IMG/VR virus record: IMGVR_UViG_3300033129_000175
Span: 1-38,407 of that record
DNA length: 38,407 bases
Source: a virus
Lineage: Duplodnaviria > Caudoviricetes
Strand: one strand, 5' to 3'
The position numbers and the translations under genes are program-made. The stretch's first letter is position 1. Each line of letters starts with the position of its first letter. The notes under the pieces are model-generated. The model had not been told where the DNA came from and did no database searches. It was given only the letters and a program-made list of their open reading frames with translations. Shown here in pieces: positions 1 to 7,682 of this stretch.

Positions 1-445
1 GGTGCTCAAGATTGAACCCACGATTGAGTACATGGAACAATTGCCCGAAGGCTCGACGCTGTACGTTGGCTTGCGTGCCGATGAAGAAGCTCGCCGTGGG
101 CTGTACGGCGAAGACATCGCCATTCGATTTCCAATGCGTGAGTGGGGATGGAAAGAAGCCGATGTGTGGGCATACCTTGACCAACGCGGCGTCAGCATTC
201 CTGTTCGCACCGATTGCGCTTGGTGCCCCTACCAGCGCCTTGGTGAATGGCGCGATCTGTACAACAAGTACCCCGTGATCTGGGCGCAAGGCGTGGCTCT
301 GGAAAAACAAATTGGCGCTACGTTTCGCAGTCCTGGCCGTGATGCGTGGCCTGCCGATCTGGAATCACTTGGCCAAGAGTTTGCCAGCGGCCGCAAACTG
401 CGCGAGTACAAGCGCAACACAACCTGCCGAGTGTGCTCACTATGA
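1..445 (+). CDS. PAPS/APS-reductase family (PP-loop) protein, C-terminal part; continues from 38151 across the junction (233 aa total)
   Basis: Terminal 'cg' plus first 'g' gives CGG, reading RWCTRVLKIEP. Also YVGLRADE..RR, FPMREW, RTDCAWCPY and terminal CRVC, typical of PAPS-reductase-like proteins. Confidence 0.85.
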   Translation, partial: VLKIEPTIEYMEQLPEGSTLYVGLRADEEARRGLYGEDIAIRFPMREWGWKEADVWAYLDQRGVSIPVRTDCAWCPYQRLGEWRDLYNKYPVIWAQGVALEKQIGATFRSPGRDAWPADLESLGQEFASGRKLREYKRNTTCRVCSL

Positions 446-2397
446 CCATCCTTTGGCTTGACTTTGAGACACGCAGCCGCTGTGATCTCAAAAGCAAGGG
501 CGTCTACAACTACGCCCAAGACATGAGCACCGAGGTGCTGTGCATGTCCTACGCATTCGATGACGGGGAAGTGCAGACGTGGCTACCCCATCAGGAATTC
601 CCAGCCGCTGTGCGCAATCATACCGGTTTGATCTACGCCCACAACGCCGCCTTTGAGCGGCTGATCTTTTGGTACGTGCTCCAGATCAATTTCGACCTGA
701 CCCAGTTCTACTGCACCGCCGCTCAGGCTCGCGCCAACTGTGCACCAGGCTCGCTTGAAGATGTCGGGCGCTTCAGTGGCGCCAGCATGAAGAAAGACCA
801 CCGCGGCAGCCAGCTGATCCGTCTGCTTTCGCTGCCCCGTGCTGATGGCACATTCAACGAATCGGCCGAGCTGATGCAAGAGATGGTGGACTACTGCGAG
901 CAGGACGTCCGCGCCATGCGTGCGATCAGCCAGTCCTTGCGACCACTATCTGCTGACGAATTGGCCGACTACCACGTCAACGAGCGCATCAACGACCGTG
1001 GCCTGCTGGTGGACGTGCCGCTGTGCGAAGCCGCCATCCGCTACGCTGGCGCTGAAATGCTCGAGATCGAGCAAATCGTGCAAGAGGTCACCGAAGGCGC
1101 AATCAAGTCCGTGCGTTCGCCCAAGATGCGTGAGTGGGTGCTTGAGCGCGTCGGCCCTGAAGCCAAGAAGCTGATGTGGACCGGCGAGAAATATTCAATT
1201 GACAAGACCGTGCGGGCTAATTTGCTTGCGATGGAGGACCACGATGAGATACCGCCCGCTGTTGCCGACGTTATACAGTGCGCCGATGACCTTTGGGCGT
1301 CGTCGGTTGCGAAGTTCAGCCGCCTTGCATCGCTGGCAGACGAGGAAGATGCCCGAGTTAGAGGTGCCTTTGTTTTTGCTGGAGGCAGTGCAACAGGGCG
1401 AGCTTCGTCGTACGGCGCTCAGGTCCATAATCTCCCGCGTAAAAGCGCTAAAGACCCCGACGCCGTCCGCGCAGCAATGGTTCGAGGCCATGAGATCGTG
1501 CCTCGATTCGAAAAACGCATTACTGACGTCCTAAAGAAGATGCTGCGTCCGGCTATCGTGGCCGCGCCTAATAACGTCCTGATCTCTTACGATTGGTCGG
1601 CCATTGAGGGCCGTGTGCACCCTTGGTTGTCCAACTGCAAGGCAGGCGAAGACAAGCTGGACGTGTTTCGCTCCGGCCTTGATCCTTACATCGTCAACGC
1701 TGCAGCCACCTTCCGCCTGTCCTATGACCACATCAAGGCAGAGCATGAAGACGGTCGCAGTGACATGCGCCAGATCGGCAAAGTGCAGGAGCTGGCCCTT
1801 GGGTTCTTGGGCGGTGCAGGCGCGTTCGAGGTGTTCGGCCGTGCCTATGGCATCCGTTTGTCTTCTAGTGAAGTCCAGCGAGCCGTGGACGGCTGGCGCA
1901 GGGCCAACCCTTGGGCGCAGATGCATGGCCAAGCCCTTGAAAGTGCGTACATGCGGGCGATGCGCAACAAGGGGCACGAATTCCGTGCCGGTCGCGTGGT
2001 GTACATGTTCGACGGCCAGACGCTGTGGTATGCGCTGCCGTCTGGCCGTGTGCTGTGCTACCCCAACGCCAAATTCGACGACGAGGGCAACATCACATAC
2101 ACCAAAGCCGCGTGGAAACCCGCTGCTGACGCCAAAGAGTGGCCCCGTGCCCGCCTGTGGCGCGGCTTGGCATGCGAAAACGTCGTGCAAGCCACAGCCC
2201 ATGATCTCTTGCGATACGCCATGAGACATATACCCGAGGTCGTTGGTCATGTACACGACGAAATTGTCGTGGAGTGCCCAGAAGATCAGGCAGAATCGGT
2301 GGCTCGGCGAGTGCATGAAGTCATGTGCACCCCGCCCGATTGGGCTGTCGGGTTGCCGCTGGCCGCCGAAGGCGTCACGACAAAACGCTATTCCTAA
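442..2397 (+). CDS. DNA polymerase family A with N-terminal 3'-5' exonuclease
   Basis: ATG 442 overlaps the upstream TGA (ATGA). Exonuclease motifs LDFETRS, AHNAAFE, YCEQDV. Polymerase motifs TGR.SS, DWSAIEGR (A), RQIGKVQELALGF (B), ENVVQ, HVHDEIV (C). Confidence 0.93.
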   Translation: MTILWLDFETRSRCDLKSKGVYNYAQDMSTEVLCMSYAFDDGEVQTWLPHQEFPAAVRNHTGLIYAHNAAFERLIFWYVLQINFDLTQFYCTAAQARANCAPGSLEDVGRFSGASMKKDHRGSQLIRLLSLPRADGTFNESAELMQEMVDYCEQDVRAMRAISQSLRPLSADELADYHVNERINDRGLLVDVPLCEAAIRYAGAEMLEIEQIVQEVTEGAIKSVRSPKMREWVLERVGPEAKKLMWTGEKYSIDKTVRANLLAMEDHDEIPPAVADVIQCADDLWASSVAKFSRLASLADEEDARVRGAFVFAGGSATGRASSYGAQVHNLPRKSAKDPDAVRAAMVRGHEIVPRFEKRITDVLKKMLRPAIVAAPNNVLISYDWSAIEGRVHPWLSNCKAGEDKLDVFRSGLDPYIVNAAATFRLSYDHIKAEHEDGRSDMRQIGKVQELALGFLGGAGAFEVFGRAYGIRLSSSEVQRAVDGWRRANPWAQMHGQALESAYMRAMRNKGHEFRAGRVVYMFDGQTLWYALPSGRVLCYPNAKFDDEGNITYTKAAWKPAADAKEWPRARLWRGLACENVVQATAHDLLRYAMRHIPEVVGHVHDEIVVECPEDQAESVARRVHEVMCTPPDWAVGLPLAAEGVTTKRYS

Positions 2398-2430
2398 AAA
2401 GAAAGCCCCCGTGGATAAGACGGGGGCTAA
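2397..2430. terminator. GC hairpin between polymerase and primase genes (terminator or attenuator)
   Basis: agcccccg (2404-2411) / cgggggct (2421-2428) 8-bp stem with an A-run on the 5' side, so it fits a minus-strand terminator better than a plus-strand one. Confidence 0.45.
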
Positions 2431-2456
2431 GTTCCAACCTACAAGGAGAAGTAACA

Positions 2457-4736
2457 GTGCTGGATTTTCTCACAAAACTGGCCCCAGAAGGTGAAACCTT
2501 CCTGATGGTGCGCCAAAAGCCCCAACTCAAAGACGGACAGTATCAGTACCACGCAGATGGCGCGATCAAGGCCACATGGCCTGCAATGCTGCCCACCGCC
2601 AAGATCAAGCCCGACTGGGCCATCTATGGCAACACCGCCAGCTTCATCATTGACCGGTTCAAGGACGGCCACCCGTCGGCCAGCGCTGCCTATTGCGAAT
2701 ACGTGCTGGTGATGGTGCTGGACGATGTGGGCACCAAGGCCGCCGTGCCGCCGCTTGAGCCGACATGGAAGATGGAGACATCCGAAGGGTCGTTCCAATG
2801 GGGCTACGTGTTCAGCGAACAGCCCACCAAGCGTGAATTTACCGCGGCCATCAAAGCGATTGCCGATGCGGGCTACACCGACCCTGGCGCCATCAACGCT
2901 GTGCGCAATTTCCGCCTGCCTGGCTCGGTCAACTTGAAACCTGGCCGTGACCTGTTCAAGGCCGTGCTGACCGAGTTTCATCCCGAGCGCGACTTCACGC
3001 TGCCCCAGATCTGCGATGCGCTGGGCGTCACGCCTGGCGATGCAGAAGATGTGCACCGCCCCATCCGCATCAGCGACGATGGCACCGATGACGTGATGGT
3101 GTGGCTTTCTGACAACGGTCTGCTGCTGTCGCGCCCCAACCAAGAAGGCTGGGCCGGTGTGATCTGCCCCAACTCGGCCGAGCACAGCGATGGCAACCCC
3201 GAGGGCCGCTACCTGCCGGCCAATCGGGCCTACTGCTGCCTGCACAGCCATTGCCTTGAGCTTGATTCGTCCGTGTTCCTCAAGTGGGTGGCCGACAACG
3301 GTGGCCCCGCCCATACGCCTGGCCTGCGTGAAGAGCTGCTCGCGCAGGCGATGGAGTCTGCGCTTTCCAAACTTCAACCCACGCCAGAGTTCCCCGACGT
3401 GGCCGCCGATGTGGTGGCCGAGGTCGAGCGCCGCGAGCTAGGCCGCGTGGAGAAAGAGGGCTGGTATGAGCGTTTCGCCTACTTGCAAGACGACGACGCG
3501 TATTACGACATGGTCGACCGTCAAGAGGTGGCTCGCCAATCGTTTAACGCCATCTTTCGGCACATCTCTTGCAAGTCCATCCACACCCAACGCAAGATCG
3601 AGGCGTCGGTCTGTTTTGACGAAAACCGCCAAGCCAAGGGCGCTAGGATCCTCAAAGGCGTGACCTATGCGGCCGGTGAGTCTATCCTTTGCGCCCGTGA
3701 TGGGCTGGTCTACGGCAACCGCTGGCGCGATGCTCGCCCGCCGGCCGTGACCGGCAACATTCAGCCCTGGCTCAAGCATGTGGAGCGCATGATCCCCGAC
3801 CAGCGCGAGCGCGAGCATGTGCTGAACGTGATGGCCTACAAGGTGCAACACCCCAACCGCAAGATCAACCACGCTGTGCTGCATGGTGGAAACCCTGGGT
3901 CGGGTAAAGACACCATGTGGGCGCCGTTCTTTTGGGCCATCGGAGGTGATTCGCTGCGCAATGTGTCTCTGGTGCGCAACGAAGAGATCACCAGCCAATG
4001 GGGTTATGCACTCGAGGCCGAGGTGCTGGTGATCAACGAGCTGCGCCAAGCCGAGGCCAAGGACCGCCGCGCCCTTGAAAACACCCTTAAGCCCCTGATC
4101 GCTGCGCCGCCAGAATTCTTGATGGTGCAACGCAAAGGGCTGGCCCCTTATGACCTGGTCAACCGCTTGCAAGTGGTGGCTTTTTCCAATGAGCGGGTGT
4201 CGATCAACCTGCCATCAGATGACCGTCGTTGGTTCGTCATCTGGTCCGATGCGCCCCGTATGACCGAGGCCGAGGGCGATGCGATTTGGGGCTGGCTGAA
4301 TGGTGGTGGCAGGGCCGCCGTGGCTGCCTGGCTGCATGCCCGCGATGTGTTGGCTTTTAATCCCAGCGCGACGCCGTTCTTGACTGAAGCGAAGGCCATT
4401 ATGGTAGAGGCGGGCATGTCTGGCGCGGAATCGTTCCTGGTGGACTTGATGCGCCATCGCTTGGGCGAGTTTTCCAAGGGTGTCGTCGGCGCCCCGTGGC
4501 ATGCACTGTGCGACCGTTTGCAAGGGTCCGCGCAGGGTAGCGTCAAAATTGTGCAGCCGGCCCTGCTCCACGCCCTTAAAGAGGCCGGTTGGGTGGACAT
4601 GGGGCGCCTGAAGTCGCGGCGCTATGACAACAAAAAGCACATCTTCTGCGCGCCAGAGATGGCCGAAATGCCCAAGTCAGAGCTTCGCGACATGGTAGAA
4701 GAGCCGCCCGCTAGCCATTTGGCGAGGGTGAAATAA
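2457..4736 (+). CDS. Primase (RepB/AEP-like N-terminus) fused to superfamily 3 helicase (DUF5906-like)
   Basis: GTG 2457 follows RBS aggag. Primase motifs VLDDVG, ETSEGSFQWGY, RNFRLPGSVN. Cys/His Zn-like motif CP..H..CCLHSHC. Walker A GNPGSGKDT, Walker B LVINE, motif C FSN. Confidence 0.88.
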   Translation: MLDFLTKLAPEGETFLMVRQKPQLKDGQYQYHADGAIKATWPAMLPTAKIKPDWAIYGNTASFIIDRFKDGHPSASAAYCEYVLVMVLDDVGTKAAVPPLEPTWKMETSEGSFQWGYVFSEQPTKREFTAAIKAIADAGYTDPGAINAVRNFRLPGSVNLKPGRDLFKAVLTEFHPERDFTLPQICDALGVTPGDAEDVHRPIRISDDGTDDVMVWLSDNGLLLSRPNQEGWAGVICPNSAEHSDGNPEGRYLPANRAYCCLHSHCLELDSSVFLKWVADNGGPAHTPGLREELLAQAMESALSKLQPTPEFPDVAADVVAEVERRELGRVEKEGWYERFAYLQDDDAYYDMVDRQEVARQSFNAIFRHISCKSIHTQRKIEASVCFDENRQAKGARILKGVTYAAGESILCARDGLVYGNRWRDARPPAVTGNIQPWLKHVERMIPDQREREHVLNVMAYKVQHPNRKINHAVLHGGNPGSGKDTMWAPFFWAIGGDSLRNVSLVRNEEITSQWGYALEAEVLVINELRQAEAKDRRALENTLKPLIAAPPEFLMVQRKGLAPYDLVNRLQVVAFSNERVSINLPSDDRRWFVIWSDAPRMTEAEGDAIWGWLNGGGRAAVAAWLHARDVLAFNPSATPFLTEAKAIMVEAGMSGAESFLVDLMRHRLGEFSKGVVGAPWHALCDRLQGSAQGSVKIVQPALLHALKEAGWVDMGRLKSRRYDNKKHIFCAPEMAEMPKSELRDMVEEPPASHLARVK

Positions 4737-4762
4737 AAAAGGCCCCGTATGGGGCCTTTTTT
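4735..4762. terminator. Bidirectional rho-independent terminator
   Basis: aaaaaaggcccc-gtat-ggggcctttttt between convergent gene blocks. Confidence 0.9.
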
Positions 4763-4820
4763 ATAGGTTTAAAAGCGCGGCCAAGAGGGCCGCGATTATG
4801 AGCGACACAATAGCGAGCAT
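4761..4820 (-). CDS. 19-aa hydrophobic micro-peptide MLAIVSLIIAALLAALLNL
   Basis: Own translation. GGAGG lies 7 nt upstream of the ATG and the stop abuts the terminator. Confidence 0.5.
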   Translation of the reverse strand: MLAIVSLIIAALLAALLNL

Positions 4821-4912
4821 GGCAGCGCCTCCCTGACTTTGCGGGCGTGTTCGCGTACTTGGTCCGGCGTCCAGGGCGTCGGTCCCGATGGGGGCGGGAA
4901 TGGCCAAGTCAT
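4796..4912 (-). CDS. 38-aa Pro/Trp-rich hypothetical protein (MTWPFPPPSGPTPWT...)
   Basis: Own translation; ATGA-coupled to the upstream gene. Confidence 0.55.
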   Translation of the reverse strand: MTWPFPPPSGPTPWTPDQVREHARKVREALPCSLLCRS

Positions 4913-5088
4913 GCTCGCGCCTCCGCCCGTCCTTTTTCGATCAGCTCTCGCGCATAGGACTGATCTTCGGGCCGCTCGCTTGAGAGCATGGCTCGCAGTT
5001 TGTAGGCGATCGCTCGCGCTGTTTCGCTGTTGATGGCTCGCTCATAACGGGCGCCTTCGGTGATGTAGTCGGCTTCGGTGTGGTTCAT
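4909..5088 (-). CDS. 59-aa hypothetical protein (MNHTEADYITEGARYERA...)
   Basis: Own translation; ATGA overlaps at both ends. Confidence 0.7.
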   Translation of the reverse strand: MNHTEADYITEGARYERAINSETARAIAYKLRAMLSSERPEDQSYARELIEKGRAEARA

Positions 5089-5399
5089 ATTTGGTCCAAT
5101 ATCTGTTTTGCGGCCATTGGATGCATCAAGATAACGTCGCAGGCGCGATTGACAGCCGTGTGCATGGCCGCGTTTTGCTTTTCAATTGCGGACAGCTCGC
5201 TCTCGAGAATTTCGCATTCTACGGTCTTAATTTTTAAGTCCGATGCCGCGTTTTTAAGCGTCGCAATTTCGGCCGTGGCTTGGCCAAGCGCATACTGCAG
5301 CGCATCGATGCGGGCGAAAAGCTTGGTCGCGTTTTCGAAACCCTCCGCATAGCATAGGCGTTCGGCTTCGCTGGCGGGTAGTTGCATATAGTCAATCAT
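5085..5399 (-). CDS. Hypothetical coiled-coil protein
   Basis: ORF track; ATGA-coupled chain with RBS ggag upstream. Confidence 0.75.
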   Translation of the reverse strand: MIDYMQLPASEAERLCYAEGFENATKLFARIDALQYALGQATAEIATLKNAASDLKIKTVECEILESELSAIEKQNAAMHTAVNRACDVILMHPMAAKQILDQI

Positions 5400-5533
5400 T
5401 TTCGGCTCTCCAAATATTCGGCCACCGATCGGCCGGTTAAAAAAGCATGCTCTGCGCTTGCTAAATCAATCGGCGCGTTGTCGGTCGCGTCGGCCAAATC
5501 GATCAGCCACTGCCAAAATTCTTTTACTCGCAT
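5396..5533 (-). CDS. 45-aa hypothetical protein (MRVKEFWQWLIDLADA...)
   Basis: Own translation; fills the gap, and its stop overlaps the next ATG. Confidence 0.6.
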   Translation of the reverse strand: MRVKEFWQWLIDLADATDNAPIDLASAEHAFLTGRSVAEYLESRK

Positions 5534-5724
5534 GGGATGAAATCCTGAAGGTCGGCTCGCATAACGCTATACGGGCCTATTTGAAATAGCGCGTACCATT
5601 GGAAATAAATTTCCATCAGTTGGACCGGCCTGCCCCTATGCGTGCCATGCGTGCCAGGCTTGGGCCAGCTCTCACGCGTAGGGTATCGGTCGGGCTTGGC
5701 GCGTGGGGTATATCCTATGTTCAT
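5524..5724 (-). CDS. 66-aa hypothetical protein (MNIGYTPRAKPDRYP...)
   Basis: ATG at 5724 overlaps the stop of the upstream gene. Confidence 0.65.
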   Translation of the reverse strand: MNIGYTPRAKPDRYPTRESWPKPGTHGTHRGRPVQLMEIYFQWYALFQIGPYSVMRADLQDFIPCE

Positions 5725-6473
5725 GCGGCCGCCATCATAAAAACGCGTTTTTTGTGGCCGACGGCGTGGTCGGCGATGACGATATCGCGGGCGGACTTGG
5801 ACGTCCCTCCGCAAAGCATGCACGCGTCGCATGTGGCTTTTTTGCCACCTTCGGCCGATGCTGGGCAAGTGACTTCGCCCGCTTGCTTGTCCACGCCGAC
5901 GGATACGCGAAACACGCGCATACCGTATAGGTTAGCCTGCGCGGCTTCGTCGATGCTATCGGCGCTGGCCATCACCAGCGGCGACCAAGCGGCGTGGTCA
6001 AATCCGACACTTTGCCACTGGTGCGAATATCCGACGATACCGGCCGCATCGGCCGTGATGGTTTGCCACATGCCGACGGGCGCGGCCGCTGGGTCCCCGT
6101 AGGTGCCAAGCCGGACCTTGCGGCCGGCCAAGATGCGACGCAAAGCATCTGGCGCGATTTTCTGATACCGGCCGCGCTTGTATGCTTCGAACACCGACCG
6201 CACCGACCGACCGACGTTTACATAACATGGGGCTTGGCCGTTGGACTTGGCCAAGAGCGGCCGATGCACACATTGCCCGCATATGCTGACGTCGTCGCCC
6301 GTCTTAAGCGCGTCAGTCGGTGCGACGTCGGACCGGATAATGAATGTCTGCACAAGGTCGGCGCCCGTTTTAGCGTTGTCGGACCCTTGCAATTTATTGA
6401 CGATGACGACGATGGGACGGCCGTCAATCTCTGACGGGCCTTCGTATGCGATATATCCAAGTGGCTTTTTCAT
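5721..6473 (-). CDS. Cys-rich phage protein, GP88-like / radical-SAM-like putative Fe-S protein
   Basis: SDNAKTG; CGQC...CY; RLGTYGD; GYSHQW; C-terminal CPA-x9-CDACMLC; RBS ggagg. Confidence 0.6.
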   Translation of the reverse strand: MKKPLGYIAYEGPSEIDGRPIVVIVNKLQGSDNAKTGADLVQTFIIRSDVAPTDALKTGDDVSICGQCVHRPLLAKSNGQAPCYVNVGRSVRSVFEAYKRGRYQKIAPDALRRILAGRKVRLGTYGDPAAAPVGMWQTITADAAGIVGYSHQWQSVGFDHAAWSPLVMASADSIDEAAQANLYGMRVFRVSVGVDKQAGEVTCPASAEGGKKATCDACMLCGGTSKSARDIVIADHAVGHKKRVFMMAAA

Positions 6474-6476
6474 GGT

Positions 6477-6596
6477 TTAACCCCTCCAAGCAAGCAAAAC
6501 ACCGATGAATGCATAGCAGACAATGGTGGCGACAGCCCACGGCCAGACAATAGGCGCGGGTTTTTTGTTCAAATCAAAATAGTGTTGTTCGTGCAT
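6477..6596 (-). CDS. 39-aa single-pass membrane peptide (...VWPWAVATIVCYAFIGVLLAWRG)
   Basis: Own translation; RBS gagg upstream; one hydrophobic segment. Confidence 0.65.
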   Translation of the reverse strand: MHEQHYFDLNKKPAPIVWPWAVATIVCYAFIGVLLAWRG

Positions 6597-6606
6597 GGTG
6601 CGATCC

Positions 6607-6924
6607 TCAGGAAATTGCGTCTTCATAGACGGCCGGATATTCAGCCATCAGCTGGGCTTGAGCGGCCATCAGGGCGTCGCGCAATGTGGCGTGTGAGCTG
6701 ATCGGGTCACCTTGATCGGTGACCAAGTAGTTGCCGTGGCCATCAAATGCGACGACAACCAAGCCGTCGCCGTCGGCGCAATAAAAGCCATTGACCGGTT
6801 GCCATACGACGCCGACAACCTCGCCCGCGTTGTAACCGAACTCCACATCGCCGTCGGTGTACCAGCCGTTGCGTTGCTCAGTGTAGAAATAACCGTCTTC
6901 AGTGGTGATTGCGTTGTAGTCCAT
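6607..6924 (-). CDS. Acidic hypothetical protein, first gene of the putative early operon (MDYNAITTEDG...)
   Basis: ATG 6924 with RBS ggag, downstream of a sigma70-like promoter. Confidence 0.75.
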   Translation of the reverse strand: MDYNAITTEDGYFYTEQRNGWYTDGDVEFGYNAGEVVGVVWQPVNGFYCADGDGLVVVAFDGHGNYLVTDQGDPISSHATLRDALMAAQAQLMAEYPAVYEDAIS

Positions 6925-6971
6925 ACAGTAGTTCTCCAGGTGGTTTGTTGCGTTTTGCCGAAGCAGCCCAT

Positions 6972-7000
6972 AGCGTAAGGCTTTTCTTTGCACAATGCAA
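6972..7000 (-). promoter_or_regulatory. Sigma70-like promoter for the leftward operon
   Basis: TTGCAT-17 bp-TACGCT on the minus strand. Confidence 0.6.
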
Positions 7001-7033
7001 GGCTCTGTTACAAACTGTTACAACTGTTTATTT

Positions 7034-7475
7034 TGTGGGTTATGTGGATAGCAGCGTGGGTTATGTTTCGCGCCAGCGTTGTCCACACGGCGCGGCCTGT
7101 ATTCATGCGGGTTGTAGGGCTTTGTGGATATTGTGGATAGTGTTTTTGTTTTGATACCCTAATCCATAATAGTATTACAAGTGATTTAGTCGGGTATTTG
7201 AGAACTATTACTAGCCGGCGATTTAAAACGCCCGTCCACATTGTCCACATGACCCACAAATCCACGCCGACGCCCACGCCACCAGGTTATGTAAGCGGCC
7301 ACTGACTTAATTGTGGACTGTCCACATTGTCCACAAACTCCAGTGCTTATACAGTGGTGTGTTTGCATACAGTATGGATGCCCGTACAGTATGGTTATTT
7401 GTACAGTACTGTATGCATGATCAGCCTGGTTGAAGCGGCCAGCCGATTGCTGTGGACTGTCCACATGACCCACAA
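7034..7475. repeat. Iteron-like 9-bp repeats around an AT-rich core; probable replication origin
   Basis: TGTGGATA/TGTGGGTTA copies at 7034, 7043, 7123, 7132. Inverse GTCCACA/ACCCACA copies at 7232-7258, 7327, 7458-7474. Palindrome TGTGGACTGTCCACA at 7312 and 7451. AT-rich core 7141-7227. Confidence 0.7.
7350..7424. promoter_or_regulatory. Tandem array of LexA (SOS)-box-like sites
   Basis: TACAGT at 7350, 7368, 7385, 7402 (17-18 bp period); CTGTATGCATGATCAG at 7409-7424 matches CTG-N10-CAG. Confidence 0.5.
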
Positions 7476-7623
7476 GGGGGAGGGGGTAGGGCCGACGGCA
7501 CTAAGGTCACAGCTACGGAGGGCCTGCAAAAACTTTTTTTTTCTTACGGCACACCGTCAAATAATTTTTTGCAAAAACTTTTTTATTTTTTGTAAATGCA
7601 AACTGCGTAAAGAAAAAGGTTAC

Positions 7624-7652
7624 TTGCGTAGTGGCTAAAAACCCAGTACCAT
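7624..7652 (+). promoter_or_regulatory. Sigma70-like promoter for the packaging/structural operon
   Basis: TTGCGT-17 bp-TACCAT, 30 bp upstream of terS. Confidence 0.6.
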
Positions 7653-7682
7653 CGGGCCACGCACTAACAGCGGCTCACACGA

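Noticed and set aside
346-441. N-terminal extensions given by the ORF track (polymerase from 346, primase from 2325, also 24250, 31878, 32254, 35405)
   Set aside because: They overlap upstream genes or hairpins; downstream starts have an RBS or ATGA coupling and match domain starts.
4770-6750. Apparent excess of CGGCCG/YGGCCR sites in the early region
   Set aside because: The same sites occur in the polymerase and primase genes, and I cannot establish enrichment without a k-mer count.
7034-7475. Possible CRISPR or mini-array
   Set aside because: Repeats are 6-18 bp, in both orientations, with no constant repeat-spacer period.
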